Positions 49,501-61,800 of a stretch of 64,000 bases of DNA are shown here, one piece after another. A program made the position numbers and the translations under genes. A model generated the notes under the pieces. It was not told the DNA's origin. It saw nothing but the letters and a program-made list of their open reading frames with translations, and searched no databases. Source of the stretch: Pocillopora damicornis (Eukaryota); contig NW_020846421.1 of the NCBI RefSeq assembly GCF_003704095.1, forward strand, positions 186,001 to 250,000. Reading direction: 5' to 3'. Numbering within the stretch: position 1 is the first letter of the stretch; each line of letters begins with the position of its first letter.

Positions 49501-52178
49501 TTCCCATAATAGACTCAAAAAGCACACAACAATCATTGCCTTGATTGCAGTTAAAATTTTGAGTGAACCAGACACAAATCCTTTTGAATGTACCAGTTCT
49601 AATGTTGATAAAACATATCCAACACAAGATCTTTCTATTCAGTATGAATTGCAGTAGTATTAACATGCAAATTCTGAAATTTAGAACAATATAAAAAAAT
49701 TACTTTTAAGACAAACACTAAAACATGTTTCTGGTTTTTAAAATGAAAGTGGTCAGTTACCATACTATTGTTCGCAAGGAATAAATTGGATTTCAAATAA
49801 ACACCACCCTTGTATAAATACCACCCTAACATAAATGCTGCACTTGAATCCCAAAAAATTTAATGAACACTGTGGCATTTAATCAAATAAATATGGTAAG
49901 GAAAATTCTTGCTTTGAGCACTGCATGAGAAATACTCATTTAGTCCATCTTATCATCTTCACATAGGCTACACATGTACATACCTTGCGCCATCAAGAAC
50001 TTGGGAATGAGGTCAATATTCCAATCTTTTGATGATCCTAGTTGTTTAGGAGTTTTTCCAAACAGTTCATAGAACTAAAAAGAACAAGAGACTGTTATTT
50101 AACCCTTTCACTCCTTGGAGTGACTAGCATTAAATTTTTTTTTTACTTGTAATATTACCCCTGAATCATGCAGTAAGGTTATGAGAAAAAAAGGAAATGA
50201 TCAGCAGCTAGAGAAGCTGTCGATCGTTGCAGAAATTCTCTTTGTCAGCACCTTAAGAAATGTGTAGAGAACAGTATGGAGAATATCTATACTGATGTTA
50301 GGGTGCAAAGAGATAATACAGTTGAACAGTCATAAATGGATACAGGGGTCCCTTTTAACCCTTTCACTCCCAAGATCTAATTAGTAATTCCCCTTACTAT
50401 CTGCCATACAATTCTTATGATGTTAGTTCAGAGAATTTGGCATTGGATCAACTAATAATCCCATAATAAATATTCTTCTCTATTCTCATCACCTGCCTGC
50501 TTGATATTGTATTGATATTGTAAGGAGAAACTCTGTCTTGGTCACTTGTGGGAGTGAAAGGGTTAAGAGACATCCAAGTGTAATTTTTCTTTGTATCCTA
50601 AATTTACCTCAAACCTGTATTGTAAATTACCATTCTAACAACAAAGGAAACTTGAACCAAGGAAAGACACTAAACACAATGAATATAGGTAGAACCAAGT
50701 TTAAGGGTTAAAAGCATTATACCTTTTCCAGTGGTGTGATTGAAGCACTTTCCCCACCATAATATTGATTCCTGTCCATGTGAAGAATCTTTTTTTTATT
50801 CACTGACAAAAATCCACTTAATATGCACTCCTATTAAATACAAATTAAATTTCATTAGTACATAATGTTATCAAAGGGGTTTGTAAAATTTCAAGTATTC
50901 AAAATTTAACACTATTCCAAGAAATAATAATAATTAAAACAACAATAATAATAATGATGATGATGTTGGCAATTTGAATTACAGAAAATACAATCAAGAA
51001 TATTGCAATTGGTAACTTGAATTTGTTAACCTTACACTCCCAAGATCTTCTCAGTAATTCTCCCTACTACCTGTCAAACAATTCTTATGGTGTTTCATCA
51101 GAGAACTTGGTATTGGATCAATTAAAAATCCACTAGTTGATATTTTTAGTAATTCTCATCACTTGTCTTCTTTATATAATATTGATAATGTCTGCTGAAA
51201 TTTTGTTAAGGTCACTCATTATGGGAGTTCAAGGGTTGATAGTGAGTGTCTGAAATGATCAGTGATCAGACCAACCATAATAACACTTAATACTGGGAGG
51301 AGGCAGCAAGTGGGGGTACTCTGGAGAACATCTTTCTTAGAAAAAAAATGGTCACTAAAGTATCATCAAGATGTTTAAAAGGAAATTGCTTAAGATAAGA
51401 TAATCTCATTTTTTTAAGGAAGGGTTAAAGACATCACCAGAGATAACTGATTTGAGTGTAACAAATTACCATCTTGAATTAAACTACTGAATCACTTCAG
51501 TCCTCTGCAAATTGGGTTATCACAGTTCTTTCATGACCTCCACAAAGTTTCAGAGGTGATCAAAGGTAAACAAGTCCAAAATTATTGTTTAATGGTTCAG
51601 TTTTTAAGAGACATAGATGTACTGCAGATAATGTTTACATAACAATGGCTGAAAAGAAAAGAGGAAATGCAAAAGCAGCTGTGCTATAGCGTTAGTGTTG
51701 ACGCTATACTGATTTTCGAAAATGATAATATACAGGAAAAATCTGAAAACGTAGTAATAAGGTTATTATGTAATTAAAACTGCAAAAAAATTATTGCAAA
51801 ACTGAGATCAGGGTAAAGAAACATCCACACTTTTGCTTCATCGTTTCAAAGGTGTAGGGCTTGAATTTCATGTCCAATCGAGGATTTGTTGAATTCAATG
51901 TGTCCCCAACGACGTTTAGGATATACAATACTGGATGGAAAGTCCTAATTTGCCTTAGTACCGACAATTTTAAGGTAACTTCTCCTAATAAATCCTTACC
52001 GGCCCAATCTCATTCTTACAGCGAATATCATAGAGATTGCTGGGAAAGGAAATGGGTGTGAAACTGGATCCATGGCTTAAAGGGCCACATCAAGAAGTAA
52101 ATTTCCTCACTTTCGAGATGTTTAAGCACTAACCTTGAGTCCTGTACCAAGAACGATACAGTCATATTCTTCATCCAT
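43512..52178 (-). CDS. GDI: Rab GDP-dissociation inhibitor (GDI1/GDI2 family); one internal exon missing in an assembly gap
   Basis: Minus-strand exons 52178-52134 ([15 protein letters not shown]), 50830-50723 ([19 protein letters not shown]), 50074-49984 ([13 protein letters not shown]), 48512-48288 (VTRYLEFK), [gap], 47960-47910, 47594-47342 ([30 protein letters not shown]), 46859-46757 ([11 protein letters not shown]), 46059-45915, 44896-44842, 43655-43512 (YDATTHF..stop). All visible junctions GT-AG and in phase. Confidence 0.97.
43920..44122 (+). mobile_element. TTAA-MITE copy, GDI last intron
   Basis: Homologous to 44476-44686; ends GAGAGTTGAAGGGTTAA. Confidence 0.75.
44217..44428 (+). 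mobile_element. Intact 212-bp TTAA-MITE (piggyBac-type), GDI last intron
   Basis: TTAA-CCCTTTCACTCCCA ... TGGGAGTGAAAGGG-TTAA, perfect TIRs. Confidence 0.9.
44476..44686 (+). mobile_element. TTAA-MITE inserted into an older repeat
   Basis: TTAA at both ends; removing the element rejoins TATCAACTGAG-TTAA-TAATGTAAATTGG. Confidence 0.85.
44720..44754 (-). ncRNA. Decayed minimal hammerhead-ribozyme motif in a Penelope-like repeat fragment
   Basis: Minus strand reads cgct CTGACGA agggcaaacactc AAAA t GTC agc: CUGANGA box, short stem II, GAAA changed to AAAA, GUC triplet, gct/agc stem I. Confidence 0.5.
46951..47210 (-). mobile_element. TTAA-MITE (subfamily of 42299-42513) with rearranged interior
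   Basis: TTAACCCTTTAAATCCC ... GGGAGCTAAGGGTTAA termini. Confidence 0.65.
48093..48192. other. Scaffold gap (100 N) hiding a Rab GDI exon
   Basis: Exactly 100 Ns; about 36 conserved GDI residues are absent between the flanking exons. Confidence 0.95.
49216..49355. mobile_element. ~140-bp palindromic MITE, GDI intron 3
   Basis: GATCAATGTCA / TGACATTGATC ends; inner arms CCCCTTACCCAA / TTGGGTAAGGG. Confidence 0.7.
49392..49898. mobile_element. ~500-bp TA-flanked non-autonomous DNA element (Tc1/mariner-pogo-like)
   Basis: TACCATATTTAGTTGATTAATGCC ... GGCATTTAATCAAATAAATATGGTA imperfect TIRs; internal ATAAAYRCYRC repeats. Confidence 0.6.
50099..50316 (+). mobile_element. TTAA-MITE, related subfamily, GDI intron 2
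   Basis: TTAACCCTTTCACTCC start; homologous to 53430-53641. Confidence 0.7.
50355..50566 (-). mobile_element. Intact 212-bp TTAA-MITE, inverted relative to 44217-44428
   Basis: Reverse complement differs from 44217-44428 at about 8 of 212 positions (manual count). Confidence 0.9.
51026..51239 (-). mobile_element. TTAA-MITE copy, GDI intron 1
   Basis: Same orientation and interior as 50355-50566, more diverged. Confidence 0.75.
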
Positions 52179-52838
52179 GCTTGAAAATCCCTAATCTGAA
52201 GAAAGACTGAGGTTGGAGAGGTAACCGAGCGCGAAAACTTCACGAGGTACGGGAAGGTGCAGCACCGAAGATCACGAGCCAGCTTACTGCGCCTGCTCAA
52301 AAGATCATTCCGCAACAGTCCCCTCGTTTTAAGATTGGCGCAAATTTTGTAAGAGCTGAAGTAAGTATCGTAATTCGGATCCTAGGTATTAAGTAGGTTT
52401 CTTTATGACAGTCTCATCGCCAATTTTACGCGTGTTTTAGTTTAAAAACTAGGTATTTTTATTTCCAGACTTAACCTAAATATTTCTAGTTTTTCGGGTG
52501 TGTTTTGAAAGTATGAGATTATATCGATGAGGATCAAGTAGTGAAAAGGCTCGTTTTTTGAGATGTGCCATGATGCTACCTAATAACGGTCCTAACTGTT
52601 GCAGAGTGTTGCAACGTGGTTTCTTACATGTGATAGCGATTTGTGTTTTGATGTAGAATATCTCCGAAATGTGAAGTGTTGATGCCGAAACCGTTCAAAT
52701 CTTTAACCTTTAAGGATTTCAATAAAATCGCGACAAATTTCTCCTTCCGCCAAACTAATCAGTGAGCGAATTAACGATGTGAACTGCTTCCCATGAGGAA
52801 TACTGCGGATTTCTACTGCCGTGAGTTTTGTATGCGTT
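52179..52838. promoter_or_regulatory. Bidirectional promoter region shared by Rab GDI and XPOT
   Basis: Divergent ATGs 660 bp apart; CpG-retaining; NRF1-like TGCGCCTGCTCA 52288-52299, ATTGG 52334-52338. Confidence 0.75.
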
Positions 52839-55800
52839 ATGGCTGAAAATTTGCTACAGGGTCTGCAATCGGCCGCAAATTCCACATCACAAGCTGAGGT
52901 AAGTATTTTGACTCTCCATGCTAAATCTTTGGTGGCAATTTTCCAAAAAGCCGTCAAAATTACATTTTTTTAACACAAAGATATCATTCGGTGCAATAAA
53001 CGTTTATTCTAGAGAAATTATTTCAATCTAGTTTGTTCAAAACTTTGCTCCCAATTTTTTTCTAGGCCCTGCAATATTTTGAACAGCTGAAAAATTCTGA
53101 AGATGGATGGAAACTTTGCGGTGATGCTTTGGTTCGAAATCTTTATAGGTATGCGGTCTTTTAATTACAATTTGTAATGAACTTGCCAGTCGTTTCTAAT
53201 CTCCATGTTAAACAGTTCACTTGTTGAAATATCAACACTTTCGGTTCATTTACCCATAACAAAGAAAGAAATTTTTGGCGGCTTTAATTAATCGTATTGT
53301 AATACCTCATTTCAGAAAATAATATTGTGAAAAAAAAATGAGTCTTTCGTTGAAGCTGGAGTTCGTACTTGTACATTGGTAGTAGGGGAAGGGGCGGGGA
53401 AGGTCAGTTGGGGCTTTGCAACTTCTGGATTATCCCTTTAACCCCTAAGAGTGATTTAAATGTAATTTCTCCTAACAACATCACCTGTGAATCAAACATA
53501 AAGGGCATGAGAATAAAGGAGATTTTCACCAACTAAAGAAGCTCTTGATTTTTTAACAAATTCTCCTTATCAGAACCTTAGGAAATGTCTAGGGAGTAGA
53601 ATGGAGAATATGCATATTGATGCTAGGGAGTAACAGATTAATCAAAGCTATAACAAAATTTAAAATGTGATCGGTTATCACCAGCCTGATTTGAGGGTTG
53701 ATTGGACACTGTGCATGTAATGCTTGTGATTGGACAGTGTGCGCATCATGCCTGTGTAATTTATAATGGTAAGAGGACCCAGTGGAGTTCAATTTGGTCT
53801 GTAATATGATTAATAGAATTGGACAGTCCTGTTCCCAATTAATCATAACTATTTCAATTTCTGAAAAAACAAATACACCTAAAACAAATATCTCCAGAGG
53901 AGACAATGTCTTTTGTTATAAATTCCTTCATTATGGAAATTCCCCAGTTTTTCATTGGGTAAGTGGTTGTTACTATGGTTATTTTGATCATTTCTGTGAT
54001 TGGTGGATTAGCCAAGTAGACTAAGTATGATTGGTTACTTGAACTGTTTGATTACAGCCAACTGTCCAATCACAACTATTCAGTATGATTTAGTGAAAAA
54101 TGAAGCTGCAATTGCACCAATAATGTTTGAGGAATTTGTAAAGGTTGTGACTAGACTAGATACATATTATGCATGTACTTTTGTCATGCAATTTACTGAG
54201 TTAATTGGTTTTTTTTTTCCTTTTCTCATGAAAAAATAGAAGCAATGGCTAGGTTTTTTTCTTGAATTTTATCATACATGTAGTTTTGGTCAACCCTATA
54301 ATTCCCAAGATCTGATTGTCAATTCACCCCTCTGGCTGCTATACATTTCCTTGTCAATTAGTTAAAAGAATTTGGTGTTAAATCAAGATAACAATCTCTA
54401 CCTGATAAGTTTAAGTATTCTCATTACCTGTTTGTGGGATAATGTAGGGATATCATTGGGAGAAGTTACATGTTAATCACTTCTGGGAGTTACAGGGGTG
54501 AATTACCAGGAGACAAAGTGGCCTTATAGTCAGTGCACTGGACTCTGGGTCAAGAGGTCTGGGTCAAGACCTGGGGGGCTTAATGTGTTGTGTTCTCTCA
54601 CAATACCCCTCTCCATCCAGGAGTATAAAAAGGTATCGGAAAATTGTCAGGGAAGCCTGATGAAATGCTGGGAAGGTAACCTTGGGATGGACTAGCATCC
54701 CATCCAGGGGGAAGTAGTAGTACTCCGGCTTCATGCTATGTGGAAACCAGAATAAGCTCTGACTGGGTGGACCAATAGGCTTGAGTACAAACTTTACCTT
54801 TATTGATTTACTGGTATTGCCTTGTTATATTCTCTCAATAATGCAGCACCACAGTTTCTTTAGAAACTTGCCCCCTTGTATGACCAGTATAAATGCCATG
54901 CGTTTTGTTATCAGTTATCTACCCGATAGTGATTTATCTGTTGGATAGTGTTATCCGACCTCTATAGGCTGGACCCTGATATTTGTTTGCCTCTTACTTG
55001 TGATCATGAGTACTGAAATGATGTTGAAGATGAAAATTTTTTTTTCAGCGATGAAACTGTGAAGTTCTTCTGCTTCCAAGTTTTGGAGCATTATATTAAA
55101 ACAAGGTATGAGTTAGCACTGGTGATCTGGTTTGATCCAATACCAAATTCTCAGAACAAAATTTATAATGAGTGTGTGGTAGACACTAAAGAGAATTTTC
55201 ATTAAGATATTATGAGTGAAAGGGTTGAATGAATGGCAACATGCAGCTCTCATAATCTGGGAGAATTTGCTCCTAGTCCATCAGTTTTTAACTTCAAATT
55301 ATTGACTGATGTAGTGCTGAAGTTAAAAAAAAACTTTTTGCTTACAATCCTGTCACCTTCTCTTCAAAGACATGCAACAGCCTCACCACTAAATCAGTGT
55401 ACAGCAAGAAATATTCTTTTAACATGGCTTAAAAATCAGGTATTTGTTTTTTCTTGCAATATCTAAGTAATCACAGTAAGGATTTGATTTAGTGCCTGGG
55501 GCACTTTTTACTCATTTTAATTCTGGGATCGAGAAAGCTGACTTGAAGCACTTATCTGGGACAGGGTGTTTATTTCTTGTTTGAGAAACAGCAGACATGC
55601 TAAACAAAGCTTTGATATTTATCTAAGAGGGATCAATAGCAAAAACTGTAAAAGGAACTAACATACCCTGAATATTTGCATAATAATAGTAGGGAATGTA
55701 CTCTAGCAGTGCCGTCACTGAAACAGAATAAAGATACCTATCAGAATGTGGGAGCTTCAGCAACGGGGGGGGGCCCCTATTAGAATAGGGGTGCTTATCT

Positions 55801-58800
55801 AAAGGAGGGGCTTCTTAGAGAGGGGGCACTTATTGGATCTAGGGTGTTAAGTCAAATCTTTAAAGTAATCAGTAATGCAGCTTTATAAAGGGAGATAGGG
55901 TGGCCAAGAGGCTTTTACAGTGAACTTCAAATTGTGTTGTGTTCATGCTAATTGTGATAGGACTTACAATGTAGTAGTTCGATCACAGACAGAATTAGAC
56001 ACCAAAAATTCTCTTACCATGAATATGTACATCCTAACATCAGTATCCATAGTCTCTATGCTCCACTCTATACATTTGCTTTGTTATTACCAAGGAGAAC
56101 TTGTCCAAGACAATCAAAGCTTGTTAGCTTTGTGATCATTTCTTCCATTCTCTTGATCTTGAATGATGTAGCAGTTTTACTGTAAGGAGAAATAAGAAGC
56201 TGGTCACTCTTAGGGTTTAAAGGGTTAAGAACTGAGCTTATACTTGTGTTTTTACATATCAGTGTTGTAGTAAAACAGATGATCAAAACTTTTTGAAGAA
56301 CAAGGCTGCTCAAGTGTTCAGTTTAATTTTTGTCTGTGACTATCCTGAAGGGGTAAGTAATTGAGTAATAATTATATGTGCTTACTGACTGAGTGGAAAA
56401 GCCAGAAAGGAGAATATCTGGCTCAATATCAGGATGTATAGACCGCATGCAGCAAGGTACATGTGTCATGAACAAGAGCCAAGTATTTTCCCATCCGGCC
56501 CTGACCCAACTCGGTCAATAAGCATTGTATCATATAACCACTAGCCTATCAGCTTTTGCTATTGTTTCCTATGGGATTGCATGCATGGGGCTGTATGGGT
56601 CATGTGATAATTGACATTTACCAATGTCTGGTATTGTTAATTTGGATTTCTGAAATGCAACTTTGTGTCAAGCATGGCTAAAGTGTGATTCTTGCACACC
56701 AGCTTTGCCAGGATGGCAGTTATGTTGACAAAACTCTATATACATAGGGCTCTCAAGTTGATTTGCTGCCAAAGAGATTTTCAACTGCATAGCCTTCAAG
56801 TGTGTGGCCGAGGGTGCTACCTTTTCCTGGGTGAAGGAGGATATGGAAGCATACTCCTCCAAAAAATTGTAAAAAAAATCACATAGCTAAGACATGTATT
56901 CCTTTATTCTGAGTGTTATTCTTTATTCATGCAGTCAACATGTCAGCATGATAGCATAAGACTGCATTCATTTGCGAGAACCTGGCACTTACTGCATGAG
57001 GCTTGATAGCTCTCCACAATTACTCCATGCACAATTGAAAATTACTCAATTGGCAAGTTTTGCCTTTTACAGGTTCCTGGTATATTGCTGCATCAAAGTC
57101 CTTCCTAATCTAATCTTCATGCTCGCAATTTTTAATTTCTTTCAGTGGCCAACATTTTTCTCAGATCTTCTTCAGTGCTTGCAGTTTGGTGCCAAAGCAG
57201 TAGACATGTATCTGAGGATTTTGAAAGCCATTGACGAGGAAGTAGTTGACAGAGATGTAACAAGAAATCAGCAGGTGTGTGTGTGTCTAAATTGAACGAT
57301 AATCAGCTCAAATTCAAATATAAATGCTTTTTTTCTCTTTTTTCATTTTTGTTCTTTTTAATAGGAGGCTGACAGAAACATGAAGATCAAAGATGCTATC
57401 AGAGAGACTTGCATCACAAATCTTGTGGACTCTTGGTATCAAATCTTGGTATGTTTTCTGTTTTGTATAACATGACATGACATCTCAACAGAACAGTGGA
57501 AGAAAAGTAGTTAATAATTTATTCAAAAACGGTTCTACAGCTAGCACAGTGTAACCTTAACATTCAGCCAAAACTAATCTGATCTTACTATTCTTTAGCA
57601 GAATACCTACGAGAACAGTTTATCATCAGTTATGTGCCTATGCCTGGATGTTATTGGAGCTTACATTGAATGGATTGATATTGGCCTGATAGCAAATGAT
57701 AGATTTATAAGGTGAGAACAGTCATTTGGGTCTGCTTGATCACAAAGTGTAATCAGTCCCCTCTCCTTTTCCATTAACCTTTTATATCCTAACATCAGTA
57801 TTCATATTCTCGATACTCTTCTCGATACATTTCCTAAGATGTTGACAAGGAGAATTTGTCAACATCTTAAAATTAAGAGCTTCCTCAGTTGGTGATCATT
57901 TCCTTTATTCTTGTGACATAAATGTTTGATTTTGGGCTGATGATGTAAGGAGAAATTAGATGCTAGTCACTATTGGTGGTCAAAGAGTTAACACCAACTG
58001 ATGCGGTGGTTATGTACATCTAGTATTAGTAACAAGGGAGGTGTTCATAGGAAAGTTAGATCAATCCTCCTATTGTTTGCAACGACTGTGGTGACTAGCA
58101 TGCTGGATTTTTTACAAGGAGCTCTTTGTGTGACTCTTGGCCAGCAAGTAGTTTGCTCTGTTCTTGGATGAGTCACTTAACTTCCTCCTCTCCCCCCTCT
58201 CCACCAGGAGGTAGCCCTCCTAGCTGTGACAGTTTAAGTCATGAGGTGTGGCAAGTTGCCAATATGACATCCAGTGTTCAAGTTCATGTAGCAAGCTGTA
58301 TGGTTTTATTACTTAGTCTCGTTTTTCTTTTTTTGTGGATATTTTAAGTGAAGTAATCATTTATTTCATGTACAAGTTGTATAGTATTAACAATGGGTTG
58401 TCAATGGGTTGTCATTTTCTCTGATACAAAAGATTGTGACCAATGCAAATCAAATCAAATCATGCTTTTATTATAATTTATAAAGGAAACATGAGAGGTT
58501 ATCTCTAAGGAGGACCTTCCCACATAAAATACAATGTAAATTATAAGACAGTGTTAAAATGTAAGAATTATTAAGATTGACTAAAAATTTTACAAAATTT
58601 TTTCAAAAATTTTGACCTTTACACCAAATGATACTTAAATCCTGCACAATTTGTGGTGACTATGTTGTATTGTAAGGTCATGAAATGGTTATGAGTGTGA
58701 AGCCTTGAGAGCTATGAAATGGGTATTAGCATTTTTTAGGGTAACTTGATATAGACAATGAACCACTATTTGATTGAAAGAGATGTCCATCCCGTGTGTC

Positions 58801-61800
58801 TCTTCTTAAATGATATAATTATTGAATTTTGTTTCTACTGTATTGTTATTTCCTAGTGCCCTTCTTAGATACATGTCAGTGGAAGTCCTCCGTGAGAGTG
58901 CTTGTGATTGTATCCACGAGATCATCATGAAGGGAATGGAGCCAGTTGCCAAGCGAGAACTCATAGAGTCTCTTGTCAGTGTTTTAGAAAAAAGCGGAGT
59001 CCTTCAGCTGCAAGAGGTAATCTGCTAATATTTTATGGTATTATTTATCAGTAATTCACTGAAGATTTAAGTCTTCCAAGTCTTTTATCAAATGACCCTT
59101 GGGGAAAATTGTGTATTGTTGCCAGAGAATTCTTAGACATCTGTTGCCTCATGTATACCCTAAGAATTCCTAACATCCTTTATAAAGAGTGTTCTGTTTA
59201 TGTTTCAGGATGAAGATGCTGATTTTTTAGCTAAAGTGTCAAAATTGATGAATGCTGTTGGAACACAACTTCTCAACAGCTACAGCAAGTAAGAAACAAC
59301 TGTCTAAAAGCAGAGCTGGACAACATCATTAGGTGTTCTTCTTTCCTTTCTTCTTTCTCCTGATGTTATTCTATTTTCTCCTTTCTCTTCACTCTCTTCT
59401 TTCTGATCTATGAACCATTAACTTTTACTAATCACTTGTAAAAGTTTTTTGGTTCTCCCACCCATTTTTCAGTTTTCTGCCTAGTGTTTGGCTTTTTCTC
59501 TCTCATGTGTCTCACTTTTCAGCTGTAGTTCACATTTATACTACCATGCTTCTACAGAGCTTAGTGCCACAAGTTACCAACTTTTTTTTTTTTGTAAACT
59601 GGTGTGACTTTGCTTTTAAGAGCCCCTTAAAAAGTTGGGCCCCCCAGATTTACAAGACAAGAGCCTTCAAGCATTTCCCTCTTCATGATCTCTGTTCTGT
59701 AGTTTACGTTCAGGTAATTTTTTTGTAATTATGGAGGATTTACTTCTTGTTCAGGCTTACAAAGTCTGGTGATACAGAATCTGCAGCCAAGTGCCTCTAT
59801 GCTGCTGAGAAAAAGATGCAATACCTGTTTAGGTAAGTGACTGTTGCAGTGCTGCTTGTCATTCCTTTAGGAATGTCATTAAATTTGGCAAATTAATGTA
59901 TTGTATAATGTGTTTTATTACTCCACCATTACACCATCTGATTTCAACATATTTGGGCATGGGAATGCTCAAAATATACCACAGTATTACACTGTAGAAC
60001 AGGGCAAAAATCTGGACAGGAAGTGAAAAAACAAAGAGGCCTTGCTAAACCATGCCAACTTCAGTTCTACTCCAGTAGCTCCGAATAAAAAGACTACACT
60101 ACTCACAAAACAAATGTGCATATTATAACATTTATGAAAGAGCAGCAAAAACCTCAGTTTATGTGTTGCCTTCATTTCGCCTCAGGATTTTGTCAGCCAT
60201 CTCTGATGGTTCACAAATACTGTTTCGTACTCCATGGCATCAAGGTTCTCTGAAAAATTCAAGTCTTCATTTAATTTCTTAAATGAAACAGATGTGGTAT
60301 TATTGTCAGTCTTCAGTCTTTCCATTTCTTTTTCTGTATAATATCAGTTGTTTCTTTGCAGATTTCTTAGTCATGATGATGATGATGTGTCCCAGAATGT
60401 GTCTGGTTTTGGATATACTTACTTGACTGTGTTGAAACAGGTAATTTAACTGGAAACACTGGGGGATAAGCAGGCACTTCAACAAGTGGGGGGAGGTTCT
60501 ACTTCAGTGTCCAATAAGTGTTTGAAAACATGCAAGCTTGGCTCAGTATTGTAAATTACTGCCTTTCCCCTAGCCTGCATTTAGCATGACCATACTTTGG
60601 CACAAGTCGTTCAGATACCATGAGGACTTTGAGCAATGTGAGCTTGTAAGAGGTCAACAAGGGATCTTGCACTGATAATTATTGACAGTCCTCCAGCAAA
60701 CCTCTCCTGACTTGTCTAAAATCTTACCATGGGCAGAGAAACAAGCATTCTGCTGCATTAATTAAAAGGGCCTGTTTGCAGGCTAGCCTTTCCTTAATGG
60801 AGTGGAGTCACAACCACCCAAGTAACTTACACACACCTTTGACGCTTGTTTCCTCATCAGAACATGCAGCATGCACTTTGCAGTGTGACATTTTTAATGT
60901 AAATCAGCAGGATCAGTTTCAGCATGCAGATATGAATTAAATAAACTTCAAAGATTGAAAATAAAGAGATCAGGCACCATCAGTTGTAAGTTGGTGAATA
61001 CTGCTTGATTTTGGTCAATCAACGACCATTTGAGAAAGTTAATGACAATGATCATTATTCCAAAGCTGTTCATAATGACTTAAAATTTCTTTCAGATTGC
61101 AAATCCAAGTGAACAACAGAAAGAAAACCTAAGGGTAAGATTGAAGCTCTTCAAATTTGATTTTCAAGATTTTTAAAGGGTGGAATGCAGATACCTGTTG
61201 GTTGAGAATGATTTTAATTGTGAACAATGAATGAACTTGATTTAACTTAGAGCATTATAGTGGAACCGTGCTAATTCAAACCCCTGGGTAACAAGCAGAG
61301 GGTCAGATTTCCATTGATCCATTATTTCTGTCATTTACCATCAGCTAACTCAAACCCCTGCTGACTCAAACCATTTTTTGTTTCCCCTGGGAGTTTGAGT
61401 TGGCAGCTTCTACCATATATTGAGAGTGGGAAGGCAAATGCAAGAAAATGCATGTACAGTTTCAATTGATTGTTTCCTCCAAGCCTTACTTTCAAGGAAA
61501 CTTTTTGCAAGTAATACTGTAAGTCTGATTGGTTTTTTTTTGTGGAATATTTTTAGGGAATTTTGCATGTCATTATCAACAAGATGAAGTATGATGAATC
61601 ATACAACTTTGATCATGAGGTAAAGGTCTTCATACAATTTTATTAAATGTGTAAATGTGAGGCTCAAATGTACATCACCAGATATTTTTCCAAAATTCTT
61701 TCATTATGAAGACGACGACTATTGCATCTTTCAGGGTGAAGATGAAGTGATGTTCATGGAATATAGAAAGGAAATGAAGATCTTATTTGACAATATTGCT

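Noticed and set aside
52583-52595. ATAACGGTCCTAA, resembling part of the I-CeuI site of bacterial/plastid large-subunit rRNA
   Set aside because: Only 13 nt; flanks do not continue the rRNA sequence; best explained as chance.
54508-54580. tRNA-like sequence inside the exportin-T gene
   Set aside because: Degenerate B box, no full cloverleaf, and it continues into a SINE body; a SINE head rather than a tRNA gene.
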